NCBI GenBank assembly: GCA_964234715.1
Contig: OZ174279.1
Origin: Podarcis melisellensis
Lineage: Eukaryota
Length of the DNA: 64,000 nucleotides
Direction: 5' to 3' (one strand)
The notes under the pieces are model-generated. The model was not told the DNA's origin, ran no database searches, and saw only the letters and a list, made by a program, of their open reading frames with translations. Positions 37,450-49,945 of this stretch are shown here, piece by piece. Position 1 is the first letter of the stretch. Every line of letters begins with the position of its first letter. The position numbers and the translations under genes were made by a program.

Positions 37450-37710
37450 GTAAGTATTGTGTTCAGATTTGTTTTCAACTTCCTGCTGCTACTTTTAACC
37501 TTTGGTGTGTGCATTGTCTCTAACTATTGTTTACTACTGCTTGTACAAATATCAGTTCTTGAGGGGGCCTTCTTCCTTTTTCCTTTCTCACATGCTTATT
37601 GATATTAGGCAACTGATAAAAAGCTCACAAGGAGGAATCTTTCAAAAGGAAATGAAGAGACTTCTTGAGGAGGAGTATGTGTAAATCAGAATGTTAGTAG
37701 TCATTATAGT

Positions 37711-38073
37711 AAAGGTAAAGGGACCCCTGACCATTAGGTCCAGTCGTGACCGACTCTGGGGTTGCGGCGCTCATCTCGCTTTACTGGCCGAGGGAGCCAG
37801 CGTTTGTCCGCAGACAGCTTCCGGGTCATGTGGCCAGCATGACTAAGCTGCTTCTGGCGAACCAGAGCAGCACACGGAAACGCCGTTTACCTTCCCGCTA
37901 TAAAGCGGTACCTATTTATCTACTTGCACTTTGACGTGCTTTCGAACTGCTAGGTTGGCAGGAGCAGGGACCGAACAATGGGCGCTCACCCCGTCGCAGA
38001 GATTCGAACCGCCGACCTTCTGATCAGCAAGTCCTAGGCTCTGTGGTTTAACCCACAGCGCCACCCGTGTCCC
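37711..38073 (-). mobile_element. Sauria SINE, young CpG-retaining copy ~260 bp downstream of the glypican exon
   Basis: 16-bp TSD TAGTAGTCATTATAGT at 37695-37710 and 38078-38093. Confidence 0.95.
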
Positions 38074-39689
38074 ACAGTAGTAGTCATTATAGTTCCACAG
38101 AAAAAACTGGAGTTCAGTGAGATAATCAAGGAAGGCCTAAATTTGATTGATGGATCATATATATTTTTAATACCGCTTTTCATTTACAAAATAAATACCA
38201 CACACACACACATAATACACACACATACACAAATATAAAATATATTTTACAGTACTAAAAACACAAACATAATGGCAGAAAAAAATATTAACCCCCTATG
38301 ATCACATCCTAATGACCTCATGAACAATAGTTTAAGAAAAAGTCAACCATCAACAATAAAGTGAATAGTAAAATATCAAGTGACCATGAGCAGCAGGATA
38401 TTAATCAATGAGCTGCATGTTAAGTGCATGACTATGTAATTGTCGAGCTCTCTCTTTTGCTTCTAGTGTTTCACTGTGATGGAGAATGACAAATACAATA
38501 ATATTTCTTCTAGCAATTAGTAGTAGCTTTTGTATATTAAATGTTAAGATATTTTCCATTTCCTTCAGTATATGTAAAAAGGTGTTATATTGGTAATATA
38601 ACATTATTCATCCAAAGTACACAGGGCGGTTTACAATATAAAAACATGCAATATACAAAGTTATTTATTTGCTAAATTGCTTTTACGGCAGATGAATAGC
38701 TAAAATGTGTGCTGACAGCTCTAAAAAAAACCCCATATTTAGCACCAGTCGCTACTTTACTTAAAGGAGATCCCTTGGGTTGCATCCAAGGCGTTCTCCC
38801 ATCAGCACAAGGGCTTCTCATTGTGCAATGAAACCATTTTTCTCTCTCCTCTTCCTGTGCATCCTCTGCGCCCTTCCCAAATCTGCTCCAGACTGTTTTG
38901 GGAAACCCAGAACAGATTTGGGGTGTGTAAAGGGAGGAGAGAGGGGGGAAGTTCCATCACAGAAGCAGAAGCCCTTGCACTAACAGGACAAATATGTTGT
39001 ATTGTTGAATTTGTTGAATTTGCTTCCAGAACTTTCCATTGGCACACTGAGGGATTGTTCCATGTGTGATTCACCTCCCCCTCCCCCCACCATTTAAGAC
39101 ATTTGCACAAAGTTTTTTAGGTGAAACACTTTCTTTTAATTCCAGCTATCAATATTTCAGAAACTCAGTTTTGGAAATGAGAATAGCACTCAAAATAGAA
39201 AATGTACGTTTGCTCTATGGAATATTTTTACCTGAGGAATAAGACTGTTCCAGTGCAATATTCATTCCCCCCCCCCACCACCATGCTCTTGTTGTTTTTA
39301 AAACCACGTTGCCAATATATAATACATGAGCCCATAAACCGAAAAGTCCTATTTGAAAGATTGAAGTATAGGTCAGAAATTATAGGAGGCAGCTGGCTAT
39401 TCTTACATGAAGAGCAGCATGACTGTCAACATAGCAACATGGCAACTGGACTCAAAACAAGGATCAGGCTAATCTGGAAGAATGCAAAGAAAAATAAATC
39501 ACATGGCTTTGGACAGGGTAATTTCATTGCATAACTTTGGTTATTCTGTTGGTTTGGGGTATGGAAAAGACTCAAAGGGATAGAGAAAGCAATTAAGACG
39601 GAAACTGCTGTTGGTCTACCTGGATGATATTTTACTATAGACAATATTCTACTATAGACTTGCAGCTGAAAGAACAATGATAGAAGTAA

Positions 39690-39822
39690 GAGAATCATAG
39701 AATTGGAAGGGGCCCTGAGGGTCATCTAGTTCAACCTGCTGCAATGCAAGAATCCTGCCCTGGGAGGACTCAAACCACGAACCTTCTGGTTAACAGCCAA
39801 ACACAGTGACTAGTACACCACC
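39690..39822 (-). mobile_element. Short SINE with tRNA-Asn-like head and CR1-type 3' tail
   Basis: Reverse complement ttggctgttaaccagaaggttcgtggtttgagtcctcccaggg resembles tRNA-Asn(GTT); tail gaactagatgaccctcagggccccttccaattctatgattct. Confidence 0.65.
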
Positions 39823-39860
39823 TGACATGTCAAATGTAACTATTTCCTAGTTCTGAGAGA

Positions 39861-40029
39861 CAGTGGCGTAGTGTGGGGAGTGCAGGGGGGGCCGGCCGCA
39901 CCGGGCGCAACATCTGGGGGTTAGGGTTAGGGGGCGCAAATCCACGGGTTAGGGGGCGCAAATCCATGGGTTAGGGGGCACAAATTACTTGCCTTGCCCT
40001 GGGTGCTGACAACCCACGCTACGCCACTG
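39861..40029. mobile_element. hAT-type MITE containing TTAGGG motifs
   Basis: TIR CAGTGGCGTAG...CTACGCCACTG; perfect 8-bp TSD CTGAGAGA at 39853-39860 and 40030-40037. Confidence 0.9.
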
Positions 40030-40527
40030 CTGAGAGAGCCTATTTATTTCATAATATCTATACACTGCTTCATTGTTTCTTTTCATAAAAAAACCCTCAC
40101 TGTAGTTTACAAAGAGTATACTACAGATACTACCAATATGTGTTTATTTAGTGTATGATTATCCTACCTTTCTTCCAAAGAAGTCACGGTATCATACACG
40201 GTTCTTCTGTATATGTGAGGCGGCCGCAGCTGAATGGTTGAGGCCATGGTCACTCAGCATTATTTGTGGCTGAGTGAGGATCTGAAGATGGGTATCACAA
40301 CTATGGCACTCCAGCCGCCACACTATAATAGACTGAGATTTAATCTTATTTTAAAAGCCTCAGCCCCAACTGCAGCTGGCTCAAAGTTGGCCCACAAGGT
40401 GGGAACTAAAAATATTGCCTACCTCTGATCTAATGGGTTAGGGGCGGATTGAGCCCCTAACAAATTTTAAATTATCCTAGTTAGCTTCAGTTAACTGTTA
40501 ACTTTGATTCATGACACACAAAATGAA

Positions 40528-40529
<2 letters not shown>

Positions 40530-40606
<77 letters not shown>
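40530..40606. repeat. Compound (CT)n(CA)n microsatellite
   Basis: Direct reading. Confidence 0.95.
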
Positions 40607-40613
<7 letters not shown>

Positions 40614-40970
40614 GGTTAAACTTTGGCATTCTCTGCCACCAGATGTGGCGTTGATCACCAACACAGATGAGTTTAAAACAAACTCACTGTTGAGAATGCT
40701 ATCATTGGATATTGATGGCTATATTCTCCAGGGACATCAATTGTTCAGGAGCAACACTGTGCAAGTACTGTTCACCTCACAGCCTGCTGTGGGCTTCCCA
40801 GACCCTTCTGGTTGGCCATTGTAGGAATCTCAGTGCTGGAACAGATAGGTCTTGGGTTTGATCCTGGGGGCACTTCTTAATATTCATAATTTAGTGCATT
40901 AGACCCAATGTTTATGTTATCTGTCAGAATTTGACACAGCCCTCTGAATTAATATTTTAGAAAACCATTA

Positions 40971-41086
40971 GCCTGGAATAGCACAAATGATAGAGCACGA
41001 CTCGTAATCTCAGGTTCATGGGTTCAAGCATTGCAAGGTGTTAGACTAAATGACCCTCTTGGTCCCTTTCAATTCTACAATTCTAT
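40971..41086 (+). mobile_element. Short SINE with tRNA-Lys-like head and CR1-type tail, decayed
   Basis: atagcacaaatgatagagcacgactcgtaatctcaggttcatgggttcaagc followed by ttagactaaatgaccctcttggtccctttcaattctacaattcta. Confidence 0.65.
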
Positions 41087-44000
41087 AAATCTGCAACTGA
41101 GGCTGCTTTGCAGTGATGAGTCAAAAGCTAAATTCAGCTCATGATGGTGGCTTCATCTAGCTAGCCAAGAAGCTTGTCACATTCTGAGAGCTCACAGGAG
41201 CAAGGAGAGGCAGCCTTTTTTCCTATGCCATGGCTTGGAGAGTATGCCTTGAACAGTTCGTCACTGTGACCAAATAATTTTACAGCTTTTAGCTGGCAGA
41301 ATCCAAGACATAATCTGTCTGGTTCTGAAAAAACTGGTACTCACAGAATAGAATAGCTGGTTTAACATTTAAGTTAAATTAAGAGATGAGCAGATCTGTC
41401 CATTTAAGACAATTCCCCATGTCTTTACACATAATTCCCTTCTATTCAGTTTCAGCATTTTTTAAAAAAAATATTTTAAAATATATTATATTTCAGAAGT
41501 ATTTTAATTTATTTCCATTCCTGCTTCAGGAATTGTGTGCCTTTCTTCCATGAAATCCACTTTTGCAACCAACTGTGCACCTGGTATAATTCAACGAGAA
41601 ATATGGTAGTTATGGAAAACATCTTCAAATAAAGAAAACAACCCAGGCTGGTAGCTTTCATATACCCTGAGGCAGCTTTCATTAACAGCCGTGCTCACTT
41701 TTTAGGAAACTGTTAACATTTTTGAAATAGCTAGGCAAAGGCTATGCATTAACATAAAGAATTCCTTTTTTGCTAATTGAGAACTTGGCAGTGAATAATG
41801 GAAAGTTGGCTATTTTTACTTTGTTGGGGAAAAAGGTTAAGTAAAGCATTTACTGTACTTAGCAGAAGTGCTCACCACACTTGCAGGCAAAGGGGGGGAA
41901 AGGGGAGACGCGCTTTATGTTGAACTGCAGAAATATCTTTCCCATTGAAGTCAAGGGAGATTGTTTTAATACCTGCTTGTGGTATGTGTGAAAGGTTGCC
42001 ATTAAGATATTAAACCACTCTTGGGCTCAGTGCATTTCTCTTTAGTGTGCCATGCCATTTGTTCAATGACGCTGGCTTCTACCCAACTACTTCAGCTAAT
42101 GTAGGTCCTCTACAGTCTGCAGCCTCAGCAATCACAGCCATTATTTTATGTTTCGTCAGCTAGAATCTTAATTTGTGTGTCCTACTGGAAGAAATCCCCC
42201 ATGCACTGTGGTGCCAGATAGGTTGACTTAGCTTGTTGACCCTTGCCATCGCTTTTTGAGACTTTTGCTTCTCTTCCTCTGTGCTATGGAGTTATACTAT
42301 CTCACCTCGTTTTTTTATTCTGCGGCAGTACACACCTTAGTCCACCTTTTTTTTCATTTGTTCTATTGTTTTATTATCTTGCCCTTTCCCAAAGGCTCAG
42401 GAATGGATGACAGTTTCCCCCCCACTAAACTAATAAGACCATTTTCGCATTTCAAAGTGCATTTGAGCCCTTCTCGTGTAAGTTGTGGCATGTGTAAAAA
42501 TGTTGATAGTATGGGAAATAATGTAAAAAAGAAAAACTAGTTTGTGTCTTCTGACTAATTCGCATTATTGTCTGATTTAAGCACAAATCAAGGCAATGTC
42601 TGAAGAACAAGAATCTCTCTATCACTCTCCAGCCCCCTCCACCACAAACAACACCCACTATATAAAATATTTCCAGCTGCCTTTTAGTTGAATAGCAAGC
42701 TGCACTCCCATAAAGTGTGTGGAACGACCAGCCGTTTGGGGTGGAGGGATCTGAGGACAGACAAACAAAGTATGAGACGAGGGAATGTAAGAAGCCTCGA
42801 TCCCTTTAGACAAGTCGTTGCAGTGGAAAGGAGGGAGGCATTCACTTTGAAATAGAAAATAGGGAGTCACAGGCGAGAGGAAAGAGTGTAGCAAATGCTC
42901 AGGGTCTGGCTTCAGGTTTCTCTACCACCTAATAGGAGATGTTCTTGAAAGGATTGCTTTAACCAGGCAAACAATGATAATCCAAAACAATCTTGGAATT
43001 CTGCGATGGGCTATGAAGAACAGGCAATGTTTTGGGGGCCATATGGCAGTAGCGGGTGAGGCCAGAGGTAAAATTAGGTGGGGCAACAGGGGAAACTCTT
43101 ACCTTTCTACATTGCAGCCTCCTGAGAATCAGACATTTCTCCACACATCCCTCTCCATCCAGGCCTTATCACAGTTCAAGGATACATTCCAGCCAAGCAG
43201 AAGTTCTCAGAGAGGGCATGGAGCAGGAGAGCTGCCATCTGAGGAGAGTCTTGAGGGCCAAGTAGGGTAGCCTAGAGGGCTTTGTTGATCTTAAGGATGA
43301 AGCTATGGATGAAGCTGCTGTACCTTGGCTTGTACAAAGAAGGCTGTACGGGGTTACATTTTGGGAATACCAACAACTAGCTGGGATGTTCCATGCTAGT
43401 TGGGTCTTCAGGGACAACTTTGTCTACAATCTCTGACAGTGGTCTGACCTCAAGATTATGAACACCTGAGTAAAGCATGGGAAATTCCCTTATTCCAGTG
43501 ACTTTTCCCACTGCTTCCCACTGCTATCCCGGATTGTTAGATATCCCGTAGACTGTCCCTGGGACAGCTGAGGATGCTGATCCCTTATTTTTGAGGCTGC
43601 TACTCCCTTATTTTCAAATCTGAAAGCTGACAGCTATGGACATGGGTCCAGCAAGAAAGACAGTCGTTGCCTCTCCCGATTCAGTCACGAGAGAGTGACT
43701 AGTTTCTAGGCAGAGAAACAAGGAAAGAATCAGCGAGAGTGTAGTTCATGGGACAGAGTTTGTGTCTGTAGATGGGCTTCATATCCCTGCTCAGCCTCTA
43801 GTTCACTGGGCCGCCATTGGCAATTCATTGCTTCACTTCAGTCTATAATAACAATGATTTAGCTCACAGAGTTCGAATGAAGATTGACAGGTATTTTACA
43901 GGTTAAAACCACTAGAGACGGGATTAAGAAGGAAAGCAAAGTAGGAGCTGAATGGACAGAATGAACACAGTTCATTCCAGTGATCCACTTTTTCCAAAAA

Positions 44001-46959
44001 AGCAGAACCTCCCTAGATATAGATGCTATGTTATCATTCCTTGGCATTTCTTTTGCTTTGCTTTTCAAGTGGTAAATTTACTGCTGTTAAGATTTTTGTG
44101 TTGACAGACTTGGAGACAAGTTTTCCAGCCTAGCTGATGGTCACGAAACACTGGCTCCAAAGAACAGCATTGTTTGTTTGCTTCCTTAAACCCTGCATAA
44201 GCAAGTTTATATATAGACGGCATTACTTCTGTTTTAATGGAGTCATTAGTTCTTCCACCCATCCAAATTGAATGTTCTCAGAAAGGGTTTCAGACCCATT
44301 TCTTTACAGCTGTAATCCCAGAATGCTTTGTGGTTGACATAATTATGTCATCAGCCTCAGCAATCTAGCTGCTCTATTCCCAGTAGATGTATAAACATTC
44401 TTCAGCATTGGACAGAGTCAGTTGTAAAGCTTTTGAACTGTATAGAGCAAAACTAAAAGGAGATGGCCATGGAGGAGAGCGAGTGGTAGCTCCACTTAAG
44501 AGTACTCTGCTCCTGAGTCAAGCTAGCATGCAGTCTCTCTCAGTGACTTTGCCTATACACCTTAAATCCATGCTGGTTCACTCCAGGTCCTGCTTAGAGA
44601 CTACATTTACACTGAACAAAAATAAATTGGATTAAAGGGGGGGGGGGAGTCTCCAACAGCTCATCAGGCCTAAGTCAAACTCCCCAAAGTTAGCTCAATA
44701 TCATTCAAAGGTATCATTCAGAGGGTATTCTTGATGATCTTGGCCCTGGATTTTAGGAGATTGTGACAGGACACATAGAAGCATTTGATCTCTATTGCAT
44801 GTTAATCTTAAAACTTTTGGGGCTTTAAAGTCAAAACTTTCAATTCTGCATGGAAGACAAGGGAGCTTACAGATGCTGGAGCACTGATGTAATATTCTAC
44901 ATCTGGTTTTATTTTTTTATTTTTTGATTGTTCTCTTCCCTGTCTAGGGAGGGAAGAAGAGTCCATTTTAAATGGAATTATACATGGAATTTGACAGTTC
45001 TAATTGAATTGAGCTTCGCTCGCACTTGAGTTTTTTAAATTAAACACTCACTTATGTCTGAGGCAATCATGCACTGTCATCAAAATTATACACGTGTAAA
45101 TTATATGTATAATTGGTGTAAAAGAATCAAGACATGTTCTGTCCTATCTGCATCATAATCTTCTTTCTATGTACATAAAAATGCAAGGCTGTCATCACTC
45201 CTGGATGATTTGCAGTGCCACATCACAATCCCGGAACTGCATAAAGTAAGGGTGAGGTAGGGGAGAGAAAACCGAGAAACGTTTATGGCATGGGAGTAAG
45301 AAGAGAGAAACACTGAGAGGGGGAAAGTAGTGTTTTAAAACAATAGCAGACGTCAAGTAGGGATGGAAGTAACTGAGAGGAAACCAATTGCAGACCTTTG
45401 AGTAAAGTACCGTCATACAATGGGATGTTTATTTCTCTCACACAAAGCAGATAAATAATAGAATTGCATTTATTTTATCATGGTATTTCTAAAACGCTAG
45501 AATGGTTGTCACTGGTCAGAATTAGGGATGTGCATTAGATTGGGTCAGCTTGCTGTGGCTGGGTGGGGCTTTCCTAGTCAGAACATCTGAGTCTCAATAA
45601 GAAACTCATGAAGGTCCAAAACATTTGCTCCAATAAAAGGTGATGTTTCACTGCCTCTGAACTTGCCGGACCTCAGTGGGGCAAAGCTTTCTAGGCAATC
45701 AGATGTCAGGACATTGGAATCTGGTGAGAAGGAGGTGTGTAGCTCAAAGTCAAGCTCTAGAACAGCAAAACAGGATCACTGGGGTGTGTAGTCAAAGTAA
45801 GGCAGAAGTCTAGATTCAAGGCCGCAACAAAAGGGCAGGAGATCCAGAAGCAGGTATGTAGTCTAAGGCAGCCCAAAGTGAACATCTAAAGCAGTGGTCA
45901 AGGAAAAGGACCAGGCTAGAGAAAGTCTTCAAGGAACACAAAGTCCTTCTGGTTCCAGCCGGAAATAAGTTAATTCATCTACTTGTCTGTATAACATCAC
46001 CTGACTCCCCACACCTATCAGGATACACTTGGCCCTATAATGCCCTTAAGGAAAAGTCAGTTTATTAGTCCAAGCAACTTGTCTTGGACATGAGGACTTT
46101 TGCCTCTTTTTCCTAATGGCTGCCTTGGATCATGACCCTAGTTGCCTTTGATTTCACTTCTGCTTCCGCCCTCTTCAACCCTCCACTGCCATGTACTTTT
46201 CTGCCAGGGGAATGGCCTCTGGCCTTTTGCTTCTTATTTGCCTGACTACCAGTCCATCTCTTGCCTCTTGCCTCTGGCCCCATGCTCCTTCTCTCCCATA
46301 CTTTCCAAAGAGGCATTTGGCTAACTTACAGGCTTCAGACGGGATGGTGGGGACCCATTCCTAGAGATGGGAAAATACTGGAAAGGAATCCTAAATTTTC
46401 TTTGTGCATTTTATTGAATTGTCTCAGAATAACGAAATTGCATTTTTGAGGCTTTCATTTAGGTTGTGGCTTCTTAAAATGATGTATTTTAGCTGCAATA
46501 ATGTTTGTAACTTGTGTTTTCCTGAACCTTTAAATGAGCTGATTTGTTAAAACTTTGCATCAGCACCCCCCCCCCAATTTTATGAACTTTTCACTTATCC
46601 AGTTAGGGACCAAAATTAGTGATTCAAATGGTCTGCTAAGTTTCAGAAGTAGTTGTTCAAGATATGTCAAAATTCAGAACGCTTCAGCATATTAAAGATT
46701 CATCAGAATGATCTACCCACTCATTTAAGACAATGCTTTTAATCATCTAAATGAACTGTCACTAAAACTGACTAGGATTTCTGACATTAAACATAATATT
46801 CTGTATATTCATTTGATTTGGGGTTATTTATGTCAAGGATATGTGTACCTAACCATCGCTTTAAGACATTCAGAAATCACTCTGAGGGAAACTGACTGGG
46901 ATTACACTCACTATCTTGGACGAAAGATTGACAAATCAGTATATTCATGGGGAATGAGG

Positions 46960-47180
46960 TTTTCAATGGCTGGTGGCCATGGTGGCTGTGCTCTGCCTCC
47001 ACTGTTGGAGCCTGTAATGTTCCTGAATATCAGCTGCTCAACGCCACTGGAGGGTAGAGTGCTCTTGGGCTTGCATTTGGCTTCCTGGTTTCCCACAGAC
47101 ATCTGGTTGGCCACTGTGGGAACAGGATGCTAAACTAGATGGGCCATTGGCCTGATCTAGTAGTCTCTTCTTAGGTTCTT
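46960..47180 (+). mobile_element. CR1-type 3' UTR fragment; related decayed pieces at ~1200-1420 and ~40610-40880
   Basis: ggttggccactgtgggaacaggatgctaaactagatgggccattggcctgatctag...cttcttaggttctt terminus. Confidence 0.6.
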
Positions 47181-49785
47181 CTTTCCACTCTATGTCACTT
47201 TTGCACATGTTACATGCATTCTGTCCATTTTCACACTCTGTCTCCCAATGTGTTAAATCCTCACGGCTGCAGAAAAGCGCTGTTTAAGTATATATGATTA
47301 AAATACTTTCTGTCAAAATACACTTTTCAAAGTGTCTTTTGATTTATTTATATGTTTGGGAAGATACGATCTGTGCATTAGTCTGGGAGGTAAGGATGAC
47401 CTCACTTAGAATTGCAAAGATAAAGTTCTTCAAGCATTCCTATCTCTTGCCCAGCTCATAACTTCCATATGTTCTAGAGGTGTGCTGAAATGGCCTATCA
47501 AAACCCACCCAATTTGAAAGAATTTGGTGTGTGTGTGACTTTTCATTACATTTCTCCAGGAGGAGTAGCAATTCTCCCAACAGTTTCTCAGGGCTGGGGC
47601 TCACTATTAGGAATGGCAGTTGCTCTTTCTTTCTTTCCTAAGCCCCCACCATCCTCATCCACAAGTGGCTGAAACTGTGTTGGCCACAATTTCCCACAAT
47701 CCTCTAGTTGGGAAATGGCAGCTGCTGCCGCCACTCTCCCAAAAGTTGGACAATATTTGGAGAAGAATTTGCAAAGTAGCATTTTCTATGGTGAGGTGAG
47801 AAAAATCTAAGTAATATTCTCAGAAAATTGTCTTCCAGCTAATTTTAGCTCAGCTCTAATTAGTCCAGGCAAAGATCTGAATAGAGCCTATACTCATACC
47901 AGTTGTATGGTGTATATGCAGAGGTTATAGCCATATATAGGAGACCCTGCAAAAAACAAAGTCCTCAGTGATCCTTACAGGCGCCACGCATGTTATGCTT
48001 ATATAGTTGAATGTATCTCGGCCCTGACTCCGCCTTCAGTTAAATTCATAAAGCCTGAGAGCAGGGCATTCCAATTCTCTCCCTCCATGAATTCACTGAA
48101 AGACTAGCCTCCAAGAAAGTCCCATTATCCCTTCAAGATTTCCATGTTCATTTGTTCAGAGGCTTCATTATAGCTTGGCTCTGCCAATCAGCTCTGGACA
48201 GAAAGTAAATTACACCCTTGCAGAGTGGGATTAAGATGACTTTGCGAGAATGAAAGCCAAGCCATAAGTATTGATCTTGACAAATATACAAAATAAAAAT
48301 TAATTGCACTGGAGACGTCTGCTATACTTTGGCATCTGACGGGCTAGCAATTCAAAATTATCAATAATATATTGCATCCAATTACAGCAGGGAGAAATAA
48401 TATAGTAGATGGACTTTTCAGTCATTTTATTAAAATATGTTAATTTTAAGAAGTGGTATGAATAGTAATTCTTTGCTTGGATTTCTTGAAGCTTAAGGAG
48501 ATACAGTACTCAAAATTAAGTAAGATATTAAGTAAGATAGATGATATTTATTATGGCAATGCAGAGTGTCTTTTTTAATGAAATAGTATACTATTATAAA
48601 TCAGTGCATTTTTCTTTATAAAAACTCAGCTGCTGGTATTCATATCTTGATAAAAGTGTCATGGGTGCCAGCACAAAATGGCTACCATGGAAAGAAAAGA
48701 AAGACTACCATCACACAAAAAAAACACAGATGATAATATTTCTCCCTATCTTTATCCTCTAATATTCTTCATACCTGACAGTAGCGTTGGCAGACAGCAG
48801 AAGAGGACTGCGGGAATCAAGTCAAAACCATAACAAGGCCTTCTTCTAGGTCCTACCATTGCCACCAATGAAGATAACTGGATGTGAGAACAAAATGCTT
48901 GCATAACCAAATGAATGTAGGGATGGTCAGCATTAGGAGGCCTGGTGCAGTTTTGTGAGTCAGCAGGAGCAATCTCACCTCTGCCATGATTCTGAACTCC
49001 TTATGTCAGGGATGTGGACCTTTTGTTCTTCCAGGTGGCATTGGGTCATTACTATCAGTCCTGATACGCAACATCTGGAGAAGAAGAGGTCCCATCCCTT
49101 TTCTAAGTTCTTCTTTCCTTCCCCTTTCAAAGGAGCTGCTTCAGAAGGTTGCCTCCTTTTGAGGTGTGCCAAGAAATGTTGGTTAGGTTAGGCATCTATC
49201 AGCATTTTTTAAAAAGTATACGTCAACAATCCTAAATAGGGGAAGCCAGCATAAATTATTCCAGTTGAAGTTAAGATAGCGCAAATTACTCCAGATGCAA
49301 ACTCCATTCAGGAGGAGGGTTACAGCTGTCTGAACCAGCCTAAGCCTGGCTGAAGGAAAACAAGCCTTTAGAATAAATGTTTCACCACCCTTTTTGCCGC
49401 CTTAACTTACACTGGGTTGCTGGGTCACGTGACTGAGCTGAATGGGCTTGAGACCCAGCCTAAGTCCTAAGCTTGAGCTTGACAAATGTAGATATCCACC
49501 AAACCTGTCTGAGACTGATCAGTAGTTCAGCTTTATTTATTTAGCACAGAGGTAGGTAACCTGTGGCATTCCAGGTGTTGTTCAGCTCTATCTCCCATCA
49601 ACCAGCGTGGCCATTATGACAATTAATTAGGATAATAAGAGTTGTGGTCCAGCAATGTCTGAAGAGCTACAGGTTAGTCACCCCCTTTTTAGCACTTAAA
49701 GATGCATGGGCATCTACACAACAACCCTAGGATATAGATTTGGTTAACATTTATTTGCCCAAGACCACCAAAAAATGGTTTATGC

Positions 49786-49945
49786 CAGTGGTGTCCAAAC
49801 TTTTTTCAAAGAGGGCCAGATTTGATGAAGTGAAGGGTCGTGAGGGCCGACCAAAGGATTGAAGTTGTTGAGGTTTTTTTTTAGGATTTTACCCCTGCCA
49901 CAGGGGCCGGATTAGGCCCCCCGAAACAGACTTTGGACATGCCTG
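49786..49945. mobile_element. hAT-type MITE
   Basis: CAGTGGTGTCCAAA...TTTGGACATGCCTG; 8-bp TSD GTTTATG(C/A). Confidence 0.78.

Noticed and set aside
39760-39822. Possible tRNA-Asn gene
   Set aside because: Degenerate 5' half and fused to a CR1-type tail, so it is a SINE head.
42705-42850. HKVCGTT... resembling the start of glypican exon 4
   Set aside because: No AG acceptor at the required position, and the downstream residues do not match.
45700-46330. Possible decayed Gypsy-type LTR (tgtcagga..., repeated ggtgtgtagtc)
   Set aside because: Too degenerate to define termini or a TSD by eye.
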